Below, piece after piece: positions 38,501 to 49,125 of a DNA stretch of 64,000 nt; the first letter of the stretch is position 1; every line of letters starts with the position of its first letter. A model generated the notes under the pieces. That model was not told where the DNA came from, ran no database searches, and was given only the letters and a program-made list of their open reading frames with translations. The stretch spans positions 1,275-65,274 of the forward strand of contig JAFTGB010000043.1 in the NCBI GenBank assembly GCA_017458125.1, given 5' to 3'. This stretch comes from Prevotella sp. Its GTDB lineage: Bacteria > Bacteroidota > Bacteroidia > Bacteroidales > Bacteroidaceae. The translations under genes and the position numbers were made by a program.

Positions 38501-38925
38501 CTCCGTGGAAGAATTGTGCTACGAGCAGCGGCTACACTACCTATAATATTACGATGACCGGCAACTCTGGGGCCAGCGACCAGCAGAGCCGCAGCGGCAG
38601 CAACAGTTACTTCAACCCCTATAGCTATTACAGCTATACGCCCATGAGCGTCAGCAACGTGCAGAGTCAGGTGAGTACCTACGCCGGTGCCACACTGAGC
38701 ATATCGGCAGCCTCCAGTGCCCGCGAGGCAGCATTCAATGACTTCGGTGACGAGTCCATCGAGACCACGGGCATCAGCAATATGGGGGCTGAGGCCGAGG
38801 TGTTGACCCAGCACATCTTCAATGCTAACGGTGCTGAGGTGCCAGAGTTGGGCAAGGGGCTGAACATCGTCAAGGTAACCTACTCCAACGGCAAGACCGA
38901 GGTGAAGAAGGTGATGCTCAGATAA
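35542..38925 (+). CDS. Secreted multimodular pectinase: two N-terminal repeat domains, CE8 pectin methylesterase, PL1 pectate lyase, T9SS CTD
   Basis: CE8: IFLPNGTY, GRAV, YQDTYY, GTVDFICG, LGRAWG. PL1: NIILRNL, VWVDHC, DGNFD, ISVTWC, ERMPRVR. Ser-rich linkers; CTD KGLNIVK..NGK..KKV. Confidence 0.9.
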   Translation: MKKNFTFKAVLCLVVSIVLSLATAEAATTRTALWDFQNMNPSSLSGLKIEGDQDHVASTNSSINMFVIAKSGKFAVRTSDVQVNANTYLRIPVQSTSDKVTIVSYPGYYNYSINGTAANANTYTYTATSSDVSQGFVQVQATSTCYLYSVKVVQKVSTAVTALWDFQNVNPSTLSGLSIEGKQGHIPSTLSDVSIYCIGQYGKFAQRTSDAQLNAKTTLRVPVTSTSDVVTVTSYPGYHNYAVGGTAATADVTTHTATSSEVSQGYVVIYASATSYLYSIKAVLNAYTGSGTATSSSSGSSSSSSSSTSTTDNTTTASANFTAVSQNYYIVSAGSASGFLSALAKANSSTSSGRKYIFLPNGTYNLGTTCLTAITGSKISIIGQSMDKTIIKNAPSTANEGISTTATLLNKGSYNYFQDLTIQNDLDYYNAGSAGRAVTLQDKGNYTICKNVKLKSYQDTYYSNNSSGKFYFEDCDIHGTVDFICGGGDAFFNECTLTVEPRTASGSGSCVIAAPYTQSTWGYVFNNCTIANNAASYSLGRAWGGTPRLAYINTTLSAPSKIISTRFTAAGMNVLADKFVEYNSKNANGSTVSPSSNVVTFTLNGSSSKKETIISASAAAGYALSKVFTSWTPNEDAAQLKVSSVSQSGSTIKWSAVSGASSYAIFKDGTFVAIVGSSTTSYNISATGTYTVRASNPMGGFGTAGSVTVTNLSSSSSSSSSTVSGMSSYDKNAPVGWGTVGGSITGSNGKNVVTVTTASEFLSAMAGTTAKTIYVKGKLTFTGRQTVQGAKNKTVYGLSGSSLVNTTHTATVANTGILTLKNCSNIILRNLTFKGAGAYDCDGYDNLTLQNCDYVWVDHCDFQDGVDGNFDANNGSDHISVTWCRFRYLISPWAGGSGGSDDHRFSDLWGGSDKSASTDEGKLRTTFANCWWDEGCRERMPRVRFSQMHIVNCLYSSSVANYCVGAGYKSNIYVEKSAFTSTKTKKTPWKNCATSSGYTTYNITMTGNSGASDQQSRSGSNSYFNPYSYYSYTPMSVSNVQSQVSTYAGATLSISAASSAREAAFNDFGDESIETTGISNMGAEAEVLTQHIFNANGAEVPELGKGLNIVKVTYSNGKTEVKKVMLR

Positions 38926-38941
38926 CACGATATCATCATAA

Positions 38942-38980
38942 AAGGACAGACGGTCAGCTCACCGTCTGTCCTTGAAAAAA
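38942..38980. terminator. Bidirectional terminator between convergent genes
   Basis: AAGGACAGACGGT-cagctc-ACCGTCTGTCCTT 13-bp stem; the adjacent A-runs give a U-tail mainly on the minus strand. Confidence 0.65.
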
Positions 38981-39402
38981 TCCTGCATCAGCTGGCGGCA
39001 TTCTTCTTCAAGGATGCCGCCAGTTACTGTGCAACGGGGGTGCAGGGCACGCGGCGCATAGTCGGTGTAACCGCGCTTGGGGTCGCGGCAGCCATAGACC
39101 ACACGGGGAATTTGGCTCCAGCCCAAAGCACCGGCACACATGGTGCAGGGCTCTACGGTGACGTAGAGCGTGCAGTCAGTCAGATATTTGCCGCCTAACT
39201 CGTTGGCAGCGGCGGTGATGGCCTGCATCTCGGCATGAGCCGTCACGTCGTGCAGCGTCTCCGTCAGGTTATGGGCACGGGCAATGATGCGGTCCTGGCA
39301 CACCACGACGGCACCGATGGGAATTTCGCCCTTGTCAAGGGCCTGCAGGGCTTCTTGCAGGGCTTTACGCATGTACTGTTCGTCTTTGTTTCGCTGTTCC
39401 AT
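38959..39402 (-). CDS. tadA: tRNA adenosine(34) deaminase / nucleoside deaminase
   Basis: EIPIGAV, TAHAE, LYVTVEPCTMCAGA, DPKRG. Confidence 0.9.
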   Translation of the reverse strand: MEQRNKDEQYMRKALQEALQALDKGEIPIGAVVVCQDRIIARAHNLTETLHDVTAHAEMQAITAAANELGGKYLTDCTLYVTVEPCTMCAGALGWSQIPRVVYGCRDPKRGYTDYAPRALHPRCTVTGGILEEECRQLMQDFFKDRR

Positions 39403-39469
39403 ATTGCAAAGGTACGAAATAATTGAAAATAGGTAATGGATAATTGATATTTTTTCGTACTTTTGCAAC

Positions 39470-40180
39470 ATGGATTGGAAAATCATACATATCGCAGAGA
39501 CCGATTCCACTAACCGCTGGCTACGAGAGGAAAGTGGGACTTTTCTCAGGGACAAGTCCGTGGCGGTATGGGCCGACTACCAGACGGCCGGCCGCGGGCA
39601 AGGCAGCAACCGCTGGGAGTCGGAGCGCGGCAAGAACCTGCTGTTCTCCATGCTGCTGCATCCTGAGGAAGTGCCTGTCAACCGTCAGTTCGTCATCTCC
39701 ATGGCGGTCTCGTTAGCCATCGTCGAGGTCTTGGGGCGGTACATTGGCGACCTCAGCATCAAATGGCCTAACGACATCTACTGGCGCAATGGTAAGATAT
39801 GCGGTATTCTGATAGAGAACACCATTCATGGTCATCACATCAAGGACTGTGTTGTGGGTGTCGGGCTGAATGTCAACCAGCGTGTCTTTCACAGCGATGC
39901 CCCAAACCCTGTGTCGCTTTGGCAAATCAGTGAGCATGAGACTGACCGTGAGCAGTTGCTGAAGGATATTCTGCTTGCAGTCGGGGAGTATATGGGTCAG
40001 GACGTGCGTGAGCGGTATCTTTCGCAGCTCTATCGGCGCAAGGGATTCTATCCTTATGCTGACGCTCAGGGTGTTTTTATGGCTGAACTGGAGGATGTGG
40101 AGGACGACGGACATCTGGTGCTGCGCGACGACAATGGTCAGCAGCGGCGCTATGCCTTCAAGGAGGTCAGCTTCATTTAG
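39470..40180 (+). CDS. birA: Biotin--[acetyl-CoA-carboxylase] ligase (no HTH)
   Basis: DSTN, QTAGRGQ..NRW, IKWPNDI, KICGIL.E, GVGLNVN. Confidence 0.93.
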   Translation: MDWKIIHIAETDSTNRWLREESGTFLRDKSVAVWADYQTAGRGQGSNRWESERGKNLLFSMLLHPEEVPVNRQFVISMAVSLAIVEVLGRYIGDLSIKWPNDIYWRNGKICGILIENTIHGHHIKDCVVGVGLNVNQRVFHSDAPNPVSLWQISEHETDREQLLKDILLAVGEYMGQDVRERYLSQLYRRKGFYPYADAQGVFMAELEDVEDDGHLVLRDDNGQQRRYAFKEVSFI

Positions 40181-40188
40181 AAAAGCAA

Positions 40189-40249
40189 ACGGAATAACGT
40201 CATGAAGGAATGACGGAATGACGGTATAACGGAATAACGGTATAACGAA
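40189..40249. repeat. Degenerate 8-bp tandem repeat (ACGG[A/T]AT[A/G])
   Basis: acggaata...acggaatg acggtata acggaata acggtata between birA and pyrH. Confidence 0.7.
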
Positions 40250-40265
40250 AAAAAAAGAAAAAACT

Positions 40266-40973
40266 ATGAGATTCAAAAGAATTCTGTTGAAGTTGTCAGG
40301 CGAGAGCCTGATGGGCAAGCAGGGCTTCGGCATCGACCCGGAGCGTCTGAGCGACTACGCCCGCCAGATTAAGGAAGTGAGTGAGATGGGCGTGCAGATA
40401 GGCATCGTCATCGGTGGTGGAAACATTTTCCGTGGGCTCAGCGGTAGCCAGAAGGGCTTCGACCGCGTGAAGGGCGACCAGATGGGTATGTGTGCCACGG
40501 TCATCAACTCGCTGGCATTGTCGTCAGCGTTAGGTGCCATCGGTGTGAAGAACAAGGTGCTGACGGCTATCCGCATGGAGCCTATCGGCGAGTTCTACAC
40601 CAAGTGGAAGGCCATTGAGGCCATGGAGCAGGGGTATGTCTGCATCTTCTCAGCAGGTACGGGGTCGCCGTACTTTACCACAGACACGGGCAGCAGCCTG
40701 CGTGGCATAGAGATTGAGGCTGACGTGATGTTAAAAGGTACGCGCGTGGACGGCGTCTACACCGCTGACCCTGAGAAAGACCCGACGGCCACGAAGTTCG
40801 ATTCCATCACCTATAAGGAGGTCTTGGCACGCGGTCTGAAGGTGATGGATCTGACGGCCATCTGCATGTGTCAGGACAACAACCTGCCCATCTATGTCTT
40901 TAACATGGATGTCGTCGGCAACTTGAAGAAAGTGATGGAGGGTGAGGAGATAGGCACCCTGGTGCACAACTAA
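40266..40973 (+). CDS. pyrH: UMP kinase
   Basis: RILLKLSGE, GGGNIFRG, GDQMGM, PYFTTD, DGVYTADP, LKVMDLTA. Confidence 0.97.
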   Translation: MRFKRILLKLSGESLMGKQGFGIDPERLSDYARQIKEVSEMGVQIGIVIGGGNIFRGLSGSQKGFDRVKGDQMGMCATVINSLALSSALGAIGVKNKVLTAIRMEPIGEFYTKWKAIEAMEQGYVCIFSAGTGSPYFTTDTGSSLRGIEIEADVMLKGTRVDGVYTADPEKDPTATKFDSITYKEVLARGLKVMDLTAICMCQDNNLPIYVFNMDVVGNLKKVMEGEEIGTLVHN

Positions 40974-41329
40974 GCCTCCTCGAAGTCTACGTATTCGCCT
41001 TCACCGTCCTCGAAAATCTTACGGTTCTCGCGCTTCTGATGGTGCATGTCGATAATGGTGTCACCCGTCGCAGTCTGTGTGCGGCGGGTTTCTCTTTCTT
41101 CCTGCTGCCCGCCGGTCTGACGGCCGTTGGTGGTCTGCTGGCGCTGGCTGTACTGCTGGCGTTGGCGCCCGGTCTCATAGCGCTGTCGCTGTGCTTCCTT
41201 GTCGGCAGCCAGTTCGGCAGCCTTGCGCATCGTCCTGAAGGCTTTGAGAACGCGTCCGCCTATCAGCATGACGATGAAGATGATGAGGAAGAACACAAAT
41301 AGTAATAATCCTAAGATTCCTTTTAACAT
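40970..41329 (-). CDS. DUF4834-like membrane-anchored protein
   Basis: N-terminal TM, Q/R-rich middle, C-terminal KIF...EGEYVDFEE; next to pssA as usual in Bacteroidales. Confidence 0.75.
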   Translation of the reverse strand: MLKGILGLLLFVFFLIIFIVMLIGGRVLKAFRTMRKAAELAADKEAQRQRYETGRQRQQYSQRQQTTNGRQTGGQQEERETRRTQTATGDTIIDMHHQKRENRKIFEDGEGEYVDFEEA

Positions 41330-41359
41330 AAGCTGAGTGTTTTTGGTTTGAAGCCCGTC

Positions 41360-42067
41360 TTAGGGGTGTTGCTTTCCGTTACAGACGACGGACAGGATGA
41401 CGTACCAAGCAATGATGGCCGCCAGTCCGCTGATGCTGCCGTACAGCAGCAAGGGGATGAGCAACAGGGGGATGCAGGTTAGCAGAAAGACATACTTCAC
41501 TTCGTTGCCCTGCCAGCCCCATGTCTTGAATTTGAGCGCAAACATAGGTATCTCGGCCACTAACAGCCAGCAACTGACGAAGATGCCGGCAAAGACAGCG
41601 TAGTATAGAGCGGGCGAAGAGAGCAGCCAGTCGTCTGCTCCTACCGTCAGTGCTCCCCAGAACAGGGCGTTGGCCGGTGTGGGCAGACCGATAAATCCCA
41701 TGCTCTGACGCTCGTCCAGATTGAACTTGGCCAAACGCAGTGCCGAGAAGGCTGCCATGATGAAGGCTGCATAGCTGAGGTAGTGCCACGGCAGGTAGTC
41801 GATGCCGTTTTTGAGAAAGTCGAAAAGGATGGCTGACGGTGCGAAACCGAAGGTGATGTCGTCGGCCAGCGAGTCCAACTCCTTGCCTATGGGTGAGCTG
41901 ACACCTAAAAGCCGAGCCGACATGCCGTCGAAGAAGTCGAAGACGGCACCGATGACGATGAAGAGCAGTGCCAGGTCCCATACACCGCATAGTGCCCAGT
42001 AGGTGGCGATACAGCCTGAAATCAGGTTCAGGCAGGTAATCGTGTTAGGGATATGCTTCTTTAACAT
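41360..42067 (-). CDS. pssA: CDP-diacylglycerol--serine O-phosphatidyltransferase
   Basis: IPNTIT, DFFDG..AR...S..GKELDSLAD, RLAKFN, FIGLPTP. Confidence 0.93.
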   Translation of the reverse strand: MLKKHIPNTITCLNLISGCIATYWALCGVWDLALLFIVIGAVFDFFDGMSARLLGVSSPIGKELDSLADDITFGFAPSAILFDFLKNGIDYLPWHYLSYAAFIMAAFSALRLAKFNLDERQSMGFIGLPTPANALFWGALTVGADDWLLSSPALYYAVFAGIFVSCWLLVAEIPMFALKFKTWGWQGNEVKYVFLLTCIPLLLIPLLLYGSISGLAAIIAWYVILSVVCNGKQHP

Positions 42068-42094
42068 TAAGGATAAAATATTAAAGATTAAACA

Positions 42095-42802
42095 TTAAGC
42101 CAACTTGGCAATCACCGTCTGGTCGCCGGTGGTGGGCTGGCCCATGGTGACACAGGCCTTGGCCGTCAGCGGCAGGAAGACATCGACGCGTGAGCCGAGC
42201 TTGATGAAGCCTAAGTGCTCGTCGATATAGCACTCCTCGCCCTCTTTGGCGTAGGTGACGATGCGGCGTGCCATGGCACCAGCTATCTGACGTACCAGAA
42301 TGTCCTCTCCGTCGGGAGTGGTTATCATGATGTCGGCATGCTCGTTCTCTTCGCTGGCCTTCGGCAGCCAGGCCTTGTGGTAGTTGCCGTTCTGGTGGTG
42401 TACGAATTTCACCTTGCCATCGACGGGGAACCAGTTGGCGTGGACGTTTAGCGGACTCATGAAGATGCTGATCATCAGTCGCTTGTCATGGAAATACTCG
42501 TTTTCCTCAGCCTCCTCTACTACTACAATCTTGCCGTCGGCGGGGGCAACCACCAGCTTGTCGGTGTCGCCGTTGAAGTAGCGTACAGGACAGCGGTAGA
42601 AGTTGAGCATGGCTATCCATACGAAAGCACCGATGCCGCTGATAAAGGGTAGTACGATGTGGCGCGCCATCGGATGGACGGCATCCAGTACGAAATAGAG
42701 TGTGGCGATAACGGCAAAGACAATCAGTGCTCCATAGAGGAGTTCGCTGGTGCCTTCACGGTGTATTCTGATTTTTTTGAGTTTCTTAATCCTTGCTCCC
42801 AT
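42095..42802 (-). CDS. psd: Phosphatidylserine decarboxylase
   Basis: [32 protein letters not shown] (LGS self-cleavage site). Confidence 0.93.
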   Translation of the reverse strand: MGARIKKLKKIRIHREGTSELLYGALIVFAVIATLYFVLDAVHPMARHIVLPFISGIGAFVWIAMLNFYRCPVRYFNGDTDKLVVAPADGKIVVVEEAEENEYFHDKRLMISIFMSPLNVHANWFPVDGKVKFVHHQNGNYHKAWLPKASEENEHADIMITTPDGEDILVRQIAGAMARRIVTYAKEGEECYIDEHLGFIKLGSRVDVFLPLTAKACVTMGQPTTGDQTVIAKLA

Positions 42803-42938
42803 AAAGGTTAGTGTGCACGTTTCAACATGCAAAGGTACAAAATAATTCTTAATTCTTATTTTATAATTCACTTTTTTTTGGCTATTTCGCTTTTTTGCCG
42901 TAACTTTACGGCTCAAAAACTGAAAACGCAATACTTTT

Positions 42939-45900
42939 ATGGAAGATTTCATACATCTTCATGTTCATACTTATTACTCCATCCTTGACGGGCAGTCGAG
43001 CATCAAGCGGCTGGTTGACAAGGCTGTTGCCAACGGCATGAAGGGCATGGCCATCACCGACCATGGCGACATGTTCGGTATCAAGGAATTTCATGACTAC
43101 GTCGGGGGTGTCAACAAGGCTCGCAAGAAGGAAGGGCTGGAGCCGTTCAAACCTATTTTCGGCTGCGAGATGTATGTCTCGCGCTACGGCTCGAAGTTGC
43201 TGAAGGACGATAAGAAACATCAGAGCGGCTACCACCTGATAGTGCTGGCCAAAAACTACAAGGGCTACAAGAACTTGATAAAGCTGGTGAGCCGCTCATG
43301 GGTGGACGGCTTCTACATGCGTCCCCGAACGGACCGTGAGGATTTGGAACGCTACCATGAGGGGCTGATAGTCTGTTCGGCGTGTATTGCCGGCGAGGTG
43401 CCTAAGAAGATACTGAACGGCGACATTGCCGGAGCTCGCGAAGCCATTGAGTGGTATCACCGCGTGTTTGGCGACGACTACTATCTGGAACTGCAACGCC
43501 ACGAGGTGAAAGACCCCACGATCCGTGCCAACCGTGAGACCTTTCCCATGCAGCAAAAAGCTAACAAGGTGCTCATAGAGCTGGCCCATGAGTATGGCAT
43601 CAAGCTCATCTGCTCGAACGATGCCCATTTCGTAGACCAGGAGAATGCCGAAGCCCACGACCATCTGCTTTGTCTGGCTACGGCAAAGGACTTGGACGAC
43701 CCTACGCGCATGCTTTACTCGAAGCAGGAGTGGTTTAAGACCCGCGAGGAGATGAACGATGTGTTCAGCGACGTGCCCGAGGCGCTCAGCAACACGTTAG
43801 AAATACTGGACAAGGTAGAAATATACAGCATAGACCACGACCCCATCATGCCGTTCTTCCCCATTCCCGAGAGCTTTGGCACTGAAGACCAGTGGCGGCA
43901 GAAGTTCACAGAAGAACAACTCTATGAGGAGTTCACCCGTGACGAGAACGGCGAGAACCCCTTGCCGCGTGACGAGGGTGAGAAGAAAATCAAGAAGTTG
44001 GGTGGGTACGACAAGTTATACCGCATCAAGTTCGAGGCTGACTACTTGGCAGAACTGGCCTATAAGGGCGCGCGCCGCATCTATGGCGAGCCGTTGCCTA
44101 AAGAGGTGGATGACCGGGTTCGATTTGAGCTGCACATTATGAAGACGATGGGCTTCCCGGGCTACTTCCTTATTGTGCAGGACTTCATCAACTCTGCACG
44201 CGACGAGCTGGGCGTGATGGTCGGACCAGGACGTGGCTCCGCAGCAGGTAGTGTGGTGGCTTACTGCTTAGGCATCACAAAGATAGACCCGCTGAAGTAC
44301 GACTTGCTGTTTGAGCGTTTCCTCAACCCTGACCGCATCTCCCTGCCCGATATTGACACCGACTTCGACGACGATGGCCGCGGCCGTGTGCTGAAATGGG
44401 TGGAGGACAAATATGGGCACGAGAACTGTGCCCACATTATCACGTACGCCACTATGGCTACCAAGAACAGCATCAAGGATGTGGCGCGTGTGGAAAAAGT
44501 GCCTATCTCGGTGTCAAATGCGCTGTGTAAGGCCATTCCTGACCGGTTGCCTGACGTGGACGGTAAGACGCCGAAGATGAATCTGACGAACGCTATCAAG
44601 GTCGTGCCTGAGCTGCGTGAGGCGGAGGCATCGAACGACCCTGCCCTTCGCAACACCATCAAATATGCAAGGATGCTGGAGGGTACCGTGCGCGGAACGG
44701 GTATCCACGCCTGCGGCTTCATCATCTGCCGTGACCCCATTAGTGACTGGGTACCTGTTTCTACTGCCGACGATCCGGACTTCAAGGACCAGAAGACCAA
44801 CTGTACGCAGTATGACGGCCATGTCATTGAGTCGACGGGACTCATCAAGATGGACTTCCTCGGACTGAAGACCCTTTCGGAGATGAAGGAAGCCTGCGCC
44901 GTCATCAAGCAGACGCGTGGCATTGACGTGGACCTCGACACCATACCCATCGACGACCCAAAGACCTTTGAACTCTATCAGCAGGGACGCACCATCGGTA
45001 CCTTCCAGTTTGAGTCCAACGGTATGCAGAAGTACCTGAGGGAGTTGAAACCTACCGTCTTTGAAGACCTGATAGCCATGAATGCCCTCTACCGTCCCGG
45101 CCCTATGGGCTACATCCCCGACTTCATTGACCGCAAGCACGGACGCAAACCCATCACCTATGACATTCCCGTGATGGAAAAATACCTGAAGGACACCTAC
45201 GGTATCACAGTCTATCAGGAGCAGGTGATGTTGCTATCGAGGCTGTTGGCCGACTTCACCCGTGGCGAGAGTGACGCCCTGCGTAAGGCCATGGGTAAGA
45301 AGAAGAAGGAAATCGTTGATGCAATGAAGCCCAAGTTCATCGAGGGCGGCAAGAAAAACGGACACGACCCGAAGATTTTAGAGAAAATATGGGCCGACTG
45401 GGAGTCCTTCGCCTCCTACGCCTTCAACAAGTCTCATGCTGCCTGCTACTCATGGGTGGCTTACCAGACGGCCTACCTGAAGGCCAACTACCCGGCGGAG
45501 TTCATGGCTGCCATTATGTCACGTCGGCGTGACCAGATTACGGAGATTACCAAACTGATGGATGAATGCAAAACCATGGGTATCGCCACCTTGGGACCCG
45601 ACGTCAATGAGTCGTACCTGAAGTTCGGTGTCAACAAGAAAGGTGAGATACGTTTCGGTCTGGCAGGAATAAAAGGTTTGGGCGACGGTGCCGCTGAGGC
45701 CATCATCCGTGAACGGGAAAAGAACGGCACCTTCAAGGATATCTACGACTTCGTGCAGCGTGTCAGCTTCCAGAGTGTTAACCGCAAGGCTTACGAGGTG
45801 CTGGCACTGAGCGGCGGCTTTGACGGCTTCGGCATACGGCGCGAGGACTATTTCGCCCAGAACAGCAAGGGTGAAACCTTCATCGACACGCTGGTACGCT

Positions 45901-46667
45901 TTGGACAGAACTACCAGATAGAGCAACAGCAGTCGCAGAACTCGCTGTTCGGCGCTTTCGGTGCTGTTGAAATCCAGACCCCTCCCTTACCCAAGTCTGA
46001 CGTACGGTGGAGCGACATTGAACGGCTGAACAAGGAGCGCGAGTTGGTAGGAATCTACCTGTCGGCTCACCCCTTAGACGAATACAAAATAGTGCTCGAC
46101 AACCTCTGCAACACCCGTTGCCCGGAGCTTGCCGACCGTGGTATAGCCCTTCAGGACCGTGAGGACATCACAATGGGTGGCATCGTCACAAGTCTGCAGA
46201 CGCGGTTCAGTGCCAAGACAAACAAGCCGTGGGGCATTGTCAACTTAGAGGATTTCAGTGGCTCTGGCGAGCTGGTGTTGTTTGGCGACGACTGGCTCAA
46301 CCTGAACGGGAAGTTCATTGAGGGCGCAGCGGTCTACGTGACGGGAAAGATGACTCCGCGCTTTTACGGCAGTGACCAGAAAGAATTGAAAATAAGCAAC
46401 GTGGAACTGCTGCAGGATGTCAAGGAGAAGTTGCTGGGGCGTATCACCATCTCGCTTGACACGGATAAACTGGACGACAGCGTGGTGACGGAACTCGGAG
46501 AACTGATTACTTCCAATCCCGGACGTACAGAACTCTACTTCCTGCTGCATGACTCTACGGGCAAAAAGCATGTGTTGCTGCGCAGCGCGTCAAAGACGGT
46601 GGACATCCGCCGCTCGCTGCTGCAGTACATCGAGCAGACCGAGGCGTTAGACTATAAGATTAATTGA
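42939..46667 (+). CDS. dnaE: DNA polymerase III alpha subunit
   Basis: [46 protein letters not shown]. Confidence 0.98.
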   Translation: MEDFIHLHVHTYYSILDGQSSIKRLVDKAVANGMKGMAITDHGDMFGIKEFHDYVGGVNKARKKEGLEPFKPIFGCEMYVSRYGSKLLKDDKKHQSGYHLIVLAKNYKGYKNLIKLVSRSWVDGFYMRPRTDREDLERYHEGLIVCSACIAGEVPKKILNGDIAGAREAIEWYHRVFGDDYYLELQRHEVKDPTIRANRETFPMQQKANKVLIELAHEYGIKLICSNDAHFVDQENAEAHDHLLCLATAKDLDDPTRMLYSKQEWFKTREEMNDVFSDVPEALSNTLEILDKVEIYSIDHDPIMPFFPIPESFGTEDQWRQKFTEEQLYEEFTRDENGENPLPRDEGEKKIKKLGGYDKLYRIKFEADYLAELAYKGARRIYGEPLPKEVDDRVRFELHIMKTMGFPGYFLIVQDFINSARDELGVMVGPGRGSAAGSVVAYCLGITKIDPLKYDLLFERFLNPDRISLPDIDTDFDDDGRGRVLKWVEDKYGHENCAHIITYATMATKNSIKDVARVEKVPISVSNALCKAIPDRLPDVDGKTPKMNLTNAIKVVPELREAEASNDPALRNTIKYARMLEGTVRGTGIHACGFIICRDPISDWVPVSTADDPDFKDQKTNCTQYDGHVIESTGLIKMDFLGLKTLSEMKEACAVIKQTRGIDVDLDTIPIDDPKTFELYQQGRTIGTFQFESNGMQKYLRELKPTVFEDLIAMNALYRPGPMGYIPDFIDRKHGRKPITYDIPVMEKYLKDTYGITVYQEQVMLLSRLLADFTRGESDALRKAMGKKKKEIVDAMKPKFIEGGKKNGHDPKILEKIWADWESFASYAFNKSHAACYSWVAYQTAYLKANYPAEFMAAIMSRRRDQITEITKLMDECKTMGIATLGPDVNESYLKFGVNKKGEIRFGLAGIKGLGDGAAEAIIREREKNGTFKDIYDFVQRVSFQSVNRKAYEVLALSGGFDGFGIRREDYFAQNSKGETFIDTLVRFGQNYQIEQQQSQNSLFGAFGAVEIQTPPLPKSDVRWSDIERLNKERELVGIYLSAHPLDEYKIVLDNLCNTRCPELADRGIALQDREDITMGGIVTSLQTRFSAKTNKPWGIVNLEDFSGSGELVLFGDDWLNLNGKFIEGAAVYVTGKMTPRFYGSDQKELKISNVELLQDVKEKLLGRITISLDTDKLDDSVVTELGELITSNPGRTELYFLLHDSTGKKHVLLRSASKTVDIRRSLLQYIEQTEALDYKIN

Positions 46668-46724
46668 GTTTTGAGTGCTTAAAAAGATATCATTTCGTAT
46701 TAACCCTATAAAAAGAAAAAAACA

Positions 46725-47039
46725 ATGGAAGTAACAATCACACAAGAGAATTTCGAGAGTTTGAAGAATGGTGCACAGCCTTTAGTCGTTGATTTCTGGG
46801 CTACATGGTGCGGCCCGTGTCGTATGGTGGCTCCCGTCATTGCCGAGCTGGCTCAGGAGTACGATGGCAAAATCACCGTCGGCAAGTGCGATGTGGAGGA
46901 GAACGAGGATTTGGCCGTGGAGTTCGGCATCCGCAACATTCCCACCATCCTTTTCTTCAAGGACGGCGAAGTTGTTGACAAGTTAGTGGGTGCACAGCCG
47001 AAAGCTAAACTCGACGAGAAGTTCAAGGCTTTACTGTAA
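46725..47039 (+). CDS. trxA: Thioredoxin
   Basis: DFWATWCGPC, IRNIPT. Confidence 0.97.
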   Translation: MEVTITQENFESLKNGAQPLVVDFWATWCGPCRMVAPVIAELAQEYDGKITVGKCDVEENEDLAVEFGIRNIPTILFFKDGEVVDKLVGAQPKAKLDEKFKALL

Positions 47040-47075
47040 GCGGTATTTGTATCTTGAACCTAAAACGAAAGACCT

Positions 47076-49064
47076 ATGAAATCAAGGGTATTGACTGCTG
47101 CTCTTCTTGCACTTGCATCCGTGGGAATGCAGGCGCAGAACGTGATGGACGTGAATACGAAGAAGTTAGGGGCCGCCATTCAGCCTACCATGTATGGAAT
47201 CTTCTTTGAAGACATCAACTTCGCTGCCGACGGCGGCCTGTATGGCGAGTTGGTCAAGAACCGCTCGTTCGAGTTCCCTCAGCACTTGATGGGCTGGCAG
47301 GCATTCGGAAAGTACGAAGTTAAGGATGACGGTCCTTTCGAGCGCAACCCTCACTATGTACTGCTCATGGATGCCGGTCATAAGGAGCGTCGCACAGGAC
47401 TGGTCAACGAGGGTTTCTTCGGTATCGGTGTCTGGAAGGGCGAGTCCTATCGCTTCTCTGTCTGGGCTAAGGCTCCACAGGGTAAGGCTACCATACGTAT
47501 CCAGCTTTTTGACGAGAACTCGATGAAAGAGAAGCAGCAATTCGTAGAACAAGTGCTGGACATCGACTCCAAAGATTGGAAGAAGTACACTGTTCAGTTG
47601 ACCTCTCCTAAGGATGACAAACACGCCAAACTGCGCATCTATCTGAAAGGTAATGCCCCCGTGGCATTGGAGCATGTCTCTCTGTTCCCCGTTAACACTT
47701 ATAAGAATCGGGAGAACGGTATGCGTCGCGATCTGGCACAGGCTCTTGAAGACCTTCATCCTGGCATTTTCCGCTTCCCTGGCGGTTGTATTGTCGAGGG
47801 TGGTGACTTGGAGGAACGTTATCAGTGGAAAAATTCCGTCGGTCCTGTCGAGAACCGTCCGCTGAACCATAACCGCTGGGAGTACACCTTCGACTATCGC
47901 TTTTACCCCGACTACTACCAGTCGTACGGTCTTGGCTTCTTCGAGTTCTTCCAACTCTCGGAGGATATTGGTGCTGAACCGTTGCCTATTCTTAATGTAG
48001 GTATGGCCTGCCAGTATCAGAACTGGGAGAACGAGAAGGCACATGTAGCTATCTCTGACTTGCAGCCTTACATTGACGACTGCCTTGACCTGATAGAGTT
48101 TGCCAACGGTCCTGCTGACAGCAAGTGGGGCAAGGTGCGTGCAGACATGGGCCATCCGGCACCGTTCAACATGAAGTACATCGGTGTGGGCAACGAGCAG
48201 TGGGGCGAATTCTACTATGAGCGTCTGAAGCATTTCGTGGCTGCCATCCGTGCCAAATATCCCAACATCAAGATTGTGGGTACCAGTGGCCCCGTGCCTG
48301 AGGACGTGCCTGACAATACCTATCGCTTCGCTGACGGCTGGAAGGCTATGACGGCGCAGAAGGCAGACCTGGTAGACGAGCACTACTATCGTGACGAGCA
48401 GTGGTTCCTCAGCCATGGTCTTCGTTACGACACCTATAGTCGTAAAGGTCCCAAGGTGTTTGCTGGCGAGTATGCTTGTCATGGCAAAGGAAAGAAGTGG
48501 AACCACTACGAGGCTGCCATTCTTGAAGCTGCTTTCATGACAGGTTTCGAGCGCAATGCCGACGTGGTACACATGACCACTCCTGCTCCGCTCTTTGCCC
48601 ATGTTGACGGTTGGCAGTGGCGTCCCGACCAGATATGGTACGACCAGACAGAGATGTTCAAGACCGTCAGCTACTACGTGCAGCAGCTCTATGCTACCAA
48701 TGCCGGCACCCATGTGCTTTCGCTGACCATGAACAAGAAACCCGTGGCCAACCAGGACGGTCAGAACGGACTTTTTGCCTCGGCTGCGTTTGACAGCAAG
48801 ACTGGTGAGGTCATCATCAAGGTGGCCAACACTTCGCGTCAGCAGCAGGCTATCCAGCTGAATCTCAGCCATGTCAAAGGTGACCGTACGGCTCAGACAC
48901 TGACACTTTGTCACGATGGCATGGACGATGAGAACTCTATTCAGAAGCCCGAACTCATCACTCCGCAGAAGGGCACCGCTCAGGTGGTTGGCGGCAAGAA
49001 GAAGGCTGTGTTGTCTGACCAGCTGCCTCCCATGTCGTTCCGTATCTACCGTTTCGCCCGATAA
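47076..49064 (+). CDS. Alpha-L-arabinofuranosidase (GH51)
   Basis: YGIFFEDIN.AADGG, RFPGGC, GNEQW, DEHYY, GEYA. Confidence 0.93.
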   Translation: MKSRVLTAALLALASVGMQAQNVMDVNTKKLGAAIQPTMYGIFFEDINFAADGGLYGELVKNRSFEFPQHLMGWQAFGKYEVKDDGPFERNPHYVLLMDAGHKERRTGLVNEGFFGIGVWKGESYRFSVWAKAPQGKATIRIQLFDENSMKEKQQFVEQVLDIDSKDWKKYTVQLTSPKDDKHAKLRIYLKGNAPVALEHVSLFPVNTYKNRENGMRRDLAQALEDLHPGIFRFPGGCIVEGGDLEERYQWKNSVGPVENRPLNHNRWEYTFDYRFYPDYYQSYGLGFFEFFQLSEDIGAEPLPILNVGMACQYQNWENEKAHVAISDLQPYIDDCLDLIEFANGPADSKWGKVRADMGHPAPFNMKYIGVGNEQWGEFYYERLKHFVAAIRAKYPNIKIVGTSGPVPEDVPDNTYRFADGWKAMTAQKADLVDEHYYRDEQWFLSHGLRYDTYSRKGPKVFAGEYACHGKGKKWNHYEAAILEAAFMTGFERNADVVHMTTPAPLFAHVDGWQWRPDQIWYDQTEMFKTVSYYVQQLYATNAGTHVLSLTMNKKPVANQDGQNGLFASAAFDSKTGEVIIKVANTSRQQQAIQLNLSHVKGDRTAQTLTLCHDGMDDENSIQKPELITPQKGTAQVVGGKKKAVLSDQLPPMSFRIYRFAR

Positions 49065-49089
49065 CAAACAGAAACGTATCATAACCCAG

Positions 49090-49125
49090 ACAGCAGACCA
49101 TGGCATTAAATGGTCTGCTGTTTTT
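49090..49125 (+). terminator. Intrinsic terminator
   Basis: ACAGCAGACCAT...ATGGTCTGCTGT followed by a T-run. Confidence 0.8.

Noticed and set aside
20394-40249. Short tandem repeats as possible CRISPR arrays
   Set aside because: The units are 7-8 bp with no unique spacers, and there are no cas genes.
43860-44040. Extra segment in dnaE as a possible intein
   Set aside because: It is short and lacks C/S...HN splice motifs; it resembles the usual Bacteroidales lineage insertion.
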